A DNA stretch of 63,053 nucleotides, filler included, from Asterionella formosa (taxonomy: Eukaryota): the NCBI GenBank assembly GCA_002256025.1. It is 15 parts of 15 records of this genome, joined end to end, with 100 filler letters (N's around TTAATTAATTAA, not from the genome) between each part and the next. Parts side by side here need not be neighbours in the genome. Positions count along the whole stretch, not along the records: positions 58,667 to 59,689 come from NKIB01004909.1; positions 59,790 to 60,811 come from NKIB01004910.1; positions 60,912 to 61,932 come from NKIB01004911.1; positions 62,033 to 63,053 come from NKIB01004912.1; 11 more parts are not named here. One strand, 5' to 3'. The translations under genes and the position numbers were made by a program. Below, piece after piece: positions 58,667 to 63,053 of this stretch; position 1 is the first letter of the stretch; each line of letters starts with the position of its first letter. The notes below the pieces were generated by a model, which had not been told where the DNA came from, searched no databases, and was given only the letters and a program-made list of their open reading frames with translations.

Positions 58667-59689
58667 ACGTCAATCAGCTGTCTAACGAGATCAGAGATTG
58701 AAGATTTCTATGGAAATGTTAAGTGGAAACTCGAAGAGAGTCTTAGAACGACTTTGCAGGAAGCAAAGATGCATGGAAAGGAAACATTTAGTTTAGCTTA
58801 TAATTTAATTTGAGATTTAGATTATCAACCGAGGAAACAGTGTGTTAATTGACAGGAAGGTCAATTAGTCTATCTAGCAGGAAGGCTAGAAGCAGAGACA
58901 AGAGAGAAAGTGAGTGGTACTAGGTAGTACTACGATCACGTAAGAGTCTACGTGAAGAGAGACCCAACCCGCGGGAAGGAGTACGGACCATTTCACCACG
59001 CTTTACAGCGGATAGGTTTGAAAGGGTACTCAAGATGGGAATTGATGACGAATCGTCAGGAGTGCGGTTGCCAACATTTGATGGTACCGATGTCAAGTGG
59101 CATGTTTGGAAAGCGAAGTTTGTGGCCTATGCCTGCTACAAAGGTTTTGAAGGAATCCTAAGTGGAGATGAAGTATCACCAGGTGAGAGAGATTCAGCTG
59201 GAATGAAGATTGTTCCGAGCGACAACGATGAGAAGCGTGCGAAACGAAATAATACGGTTGCCTATGCAAGTTTGATTATGGCATGTCAGAGTGGACCATT
59301 TGGATACGTAAATGGTGCCAGAAGTGAAGAGTTCCCCAATGGAAATGCGAAGGAAGCGTGGGACAAGTTAGTGTCTACGTACGAGTCAAGTAATATGGCA
59401 AATGTGATTGCCTTGTCAGGTCAGTGGACAAAATGCACGATTAACGAGAATGAGAACCCCGACATTTGGTTTGTGGAGTTGGATAGAATTCGAGAACGAT
59501 TGAGTCATACGAGCTCCGCAATTTCGGATGGTGCCTATGTGGCCCATGTTATCAACAACCTACCGGAAGTCTACAAGAGTTTGGTGGTTGGAAAATTTGG
59601 TCTCGCGAGCTCCGAGCTCACGATCCAAGAGGTCAAGAAGAATGTACGCGACTATTACGATTTGTATGTGCGTGACGAAACCAAGACGA
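58667..59689 (+). mobile_element. Copia family A: partial 5' LTR (to 58998) and gag (from 59035 into the gap)
   Basis: LTR matches 57706-58038. The gag is UBN2-like: LPTFDG...WHVWKAKF...AKEAWDKLVSTYE...NLPEVYKSLV. Confidence 0.88.
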
Positions 59690-59789
59690 NNNNNNNNNNN
59701 NNNNNNNNNNNNNNNNNNNNNNNNNNNNNNNNNTTAATTAATTAANNNNNNNNNNNNNNNNNNNNNNNNNNNNNNNNNNNNNNNNNNNN

Positions 59790-60811
59790 GTTTACATCAA
59801 CGAAAAGGGAACACGAAGAACAGGTTCTCGAAGTGTGATGAATGGGATTGAAACTTAGTTTTAGTTTAATCTTATAATTAAGAAACAATGAGAATTGACA
59901 GAGTAAGGTCAATAGCGAAAACTAGCACGAAGGCTAGCAGCAGAAAGAAGATAACAATACTAGTGGTATAACAGGTAAGTTTTACGTAAGAGGAACCCGT
60001 CAGACGGGAAGGAGTACGAGACCTTTCAACACGCTTTAAAGCGTCCACTTTAAGGCCACAGGCTACTCAGGAACGATGGGAAGTGACGAAGACACGTCAG
60101 TGAGGTTGCCGACATTCGATGGGCAAGATGCTAAATGGCACATGTGGAAAGCGAAGTTTCTCGCATACGCGTGCTACAAGAACTTTCAAGAAATACTTAA
60201 CGGTGACGAACTACCAAGAGGAGAGAAAGACCTAAAGGGCGATACGATCGTGTTGTCGGATGCTGACGAGAGATGCATCCGAAGGAGCAACACAGTTGCT
60301 TACGCAAGTCTGATAATGGCATGCCAGAGTGGGCCATTCGGACACGTAAATAATGCAAGAAGTGCCGAGTTTCCTAACGGCAATGCTAAAGAAGCATGGG
60401 ACAAGCTCATTTCGACGTATGAGTCAGGCAACATGGCGAATGTCATTGCCTTGTCCCACCAATGGACGAAGTGCACTCTAGGGGAAAACGAGAACCCCGA
60501 CAGCTGGTATGTGGAGTTGGATCGAATCCGGGAACGATTGGGCAATACAAGCTCTGCCGTTTCGGATGGTGCCTATGTGGCACACATGATCAACAACCTA
60601 CCGGAGAGCTACAAGAGTTTGGTAGTAGGAAGGTTCGGCCTGGCGCGCAACACGCTAACGGTCGAAGAGATTAAGACAGACATCCGGGACTACTACGATC
60701 TATATGTCCGGGATGACGTCAAAACGACTGACAAGAACAAGAGTGAACAGGCCTTCTACACGAAAGGGAAGTTCAAAGGTGACTGTCGTAAGTGTGGCAA
60801 GTATGGCCACA
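59790..60811 (+). mobile_element. Copia family B: partial 5' LTR (to 60031) and gag (from 60076 into the gap) with zinc knuckle
   Basis: gag clearly paralogous to family A and ending in FKGDCRKCGKYGH; the LTR ends TTTCAACA. Confidence 0.88.
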
Positions 60812-61036
60812 NNNNNNNNNNNNNNNNNNNNNNNNNNNNNNNNNNNNNNNNNNNNTTAATTAATTAANNNNNNNNNNNNNNNNNNNNNNNNNNNNNNNNN
60901 NNNNNNNNNNNGTGGTGAACTTGTTTTATTCTCTATGCATATATACTAGCTTTACCATGTCATTATGAGTTGGGGAACAAAGTCTACAAAGTTTTCTATG
61001 CAAGAATATGGGTGATGAATCCCCGAAATTATGAAA

Positions 61037-61181
61037 TTGCCGTGATCTGCGATTTTCTACTTCTTAATCTGTTGGTGAATCTTGGCAGCATTCCAGACTT
61101 CAGGAAGCTTTTAAGTCTGGAATGAAACCAAGCCTTGCAGAGAGATGAAGAAGTTGAAAATCGAAATGACAGCCAGCAATT
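61037..61181. repeat. Long imperfect hairpin
   Basis: cattccagactt/aagtctggaatg core stem, extended by cttgg/ccaag and cgattttc.acttct/agaagt.gaaaatcg. Confidence 0.65.
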
Positions 61182-63053
61182 GACCCCTCATTTTGGATCA
61201 CTGCTTGATTGGCATCATGAAAAACAAAATTAATTTAGCTTTTACAACACAGGACTTTTTTCAATGGTTTTCAATCACCCAATGAATCAACCAACAATTG
61301 AAGCAAAAAAGGTTGCATCTGTATTTAGGAGCACATACATAGGAATACAGTACAGATGTACCTACCGGGAAACCGTCAATCACTAAACCCCATGTGTTGC
61401 ATTCGATGCAGTATGTATGATATGTGGCATCTTGCAGTGCAAAAAGATAACATGGCACACACAGGGATTAAAGATTCAATTCTGATGGACACAGCAAAGC
61501 AAACATCGTGCCATTGCATCATACGTAGAGACATCAAAAAGTGCATATACCGAATCTTTATGCTTTTATTCATTTATGTACTGGTACCACTCATGCTGTG
61601 GATAGGATCATCGCAACAATCATGCATAGTGTACCAGGTAGCAAAACCACCGGTATGTACACAACTGCTGAGTATCATGACCGGTATCCGCCGTAGCATA
61701 AATGGTGAACGAAGGTAATGTATTACAAAGGCAAATGTAATGGTGATAGCTGAAGTATTGTTTCTACTACACAGCAAGATCACTACCGGTTCAAGAAATA
61801 CACAATATGGTACATTGGTGGCCACTATTTGTTGCATTGCTTGGCCGGTCTCGTTCTCATCTCGGAATCAAGAATGTTTCAGGAATTACAAACCTTAACG
61901 CCGGCGCCCCAATTATTTTACAACAAAATAGCNNNNNNNNNNNNNNNNNNNNNNNNNNNNNNNNNNNNNNNNNNNNTTAATTAATTAANNNNNNNNNNNN
62001 NNNNNNNNNNNNNNNNNNNNNNNNNNNNNNNNTGAGGACGGATCTGTTGCTGGGAGTGGAAGTCAACCAAACAGAATGTGGGACCGAAAGGATAGAGCCT
62101 GTACTCAAAGTGGTTGTTGCGTGAATTCAACAGACTGCCACACTTTCTTGAGCATCGTCTTGAGCCTTCATATACACCAAATTATTTGAATTGTTTTACT
62201 CAGTCTGAAATTGTGACGACTTTTGGAAGAATTTGATGCTTGTGGGTGGTTCACTTGGAGCAGTTTTATTGGTTTTTGCTGCACTTAACAATGCTTTTTT
62301 AATTCACTTCAAGATTGGCGATTGGAATCTTCTAGTATGGTATGTTGGTGTGCTGGGTATAATTTATTCAACAGGAAAGGCTATGCTCCCAGATCCAAAG
62401 ATTCACCCCTGATACACTTGCAACATCTTTGCCAAGGTTGAAAACTGAATTGCCAAAGGTCCGATATTGCCCATCATTAAAATATACTTTGTATATTGTC
62501 TGTTGTAAAATACATCGATTTTGTTTGTTTCCTAAAATGTGAGAGCGGAAATACAGCTTTGACACAGTAAATCATTTACCATCGCTCATGCCTCATTTGA
62601 AGCAAAATGTGTTCCTTGATGACTCCAGTAGCGACTCGTCTTCCAACGGATGTGGTTGGTTGTTGGACGACTCGTCTTCTTGTGGAATTCATGTTGTGAC
62701 ATCATACCTACTTCGTCGCAGTGGTGCCAAAATCGCTGTTCCCAATTCAATTGATCTCAAAACGTCTCGAAATTCATCATCCGATCTGTTGGATACTGGC
62801 GAATCGGATGATTGCTCATCGATAATATCGTTGATTGGACTGTTGGGGAACAAGATTCATGGGTTGCGCCGGTAAGAAGTCCATTTCGCGCCATCGTTGT
62901 CACATTTTTGGTGCTATTTTCCTACATTATATTCAATTATTCTTCAAAAATTTATTTTTTAGTATGTTTTCTACGTGAAGATCAGATATGATGTCTCGGA
63001 AGCAAGTATGAGAGTGCTTTTTATGATGCTCTAAAATATATTGTTGCTCTTTT

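Noticed and set aside
57544..59689. The two LTRs as the ends of one intact element
   Set aside because: They are on separate contigs with the 3' LTR before the 5' LTR; they may be different insertions or misordered contigs.
62033..62900. Coding-like minus-strand remnant with many stops
   Set aside because: Probably a decayed TE or gene, but no family could be recognised.

Overview
Eukaryotic nuclear DNA, almost certainly from a diatom or a related heterokont alga: there is an LHC gene with the exact ASAFAP plastid-targeting motif, short GT-AG introns and diatom-type Copia elements. The window is a draft pseudo-scaffold. Many contigs are joined by N-TTAATTAATTAA-N linkers, so adjacency across linkers is unreliable. 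Host genes are LCB1 (serine palmitoyltransferase), a soluble-type adenylate cyclase, a TMEM42-like protein, two sulfotransferase-like genes (one with three tandem domains), a DGDG synthase, ASF1, a vacuolar sorting receptor 3' end, a Tvp15/COPI-associated protein, an LHC, an Ariadne RBR E3 ligase and tRNA-His(GTG). The mobile and repeat content is the most interesting part. It includes (1) a full-length but decayed tyrosine-recombinase retrotransposon with Ngaro/PAT-type split direct repeats, (2) Crypton-like remnants, including a duplicated Crypton-like 5' end fused to a mitochondrial intermediate peptidase fragment, and (3) two related Copia families that have a conserved CGCTTTA(C/A)AGCG hairpin instead of a TGG primer-binding site. 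Also present are a ~187-191 bp satellite, several MITE/foldback elements, a candidate structured RNA, and GGTACC-based palindromic tracts lying mostly upstream of gene starts. All protein family calls come from motif recognition by eye; no database search was run.
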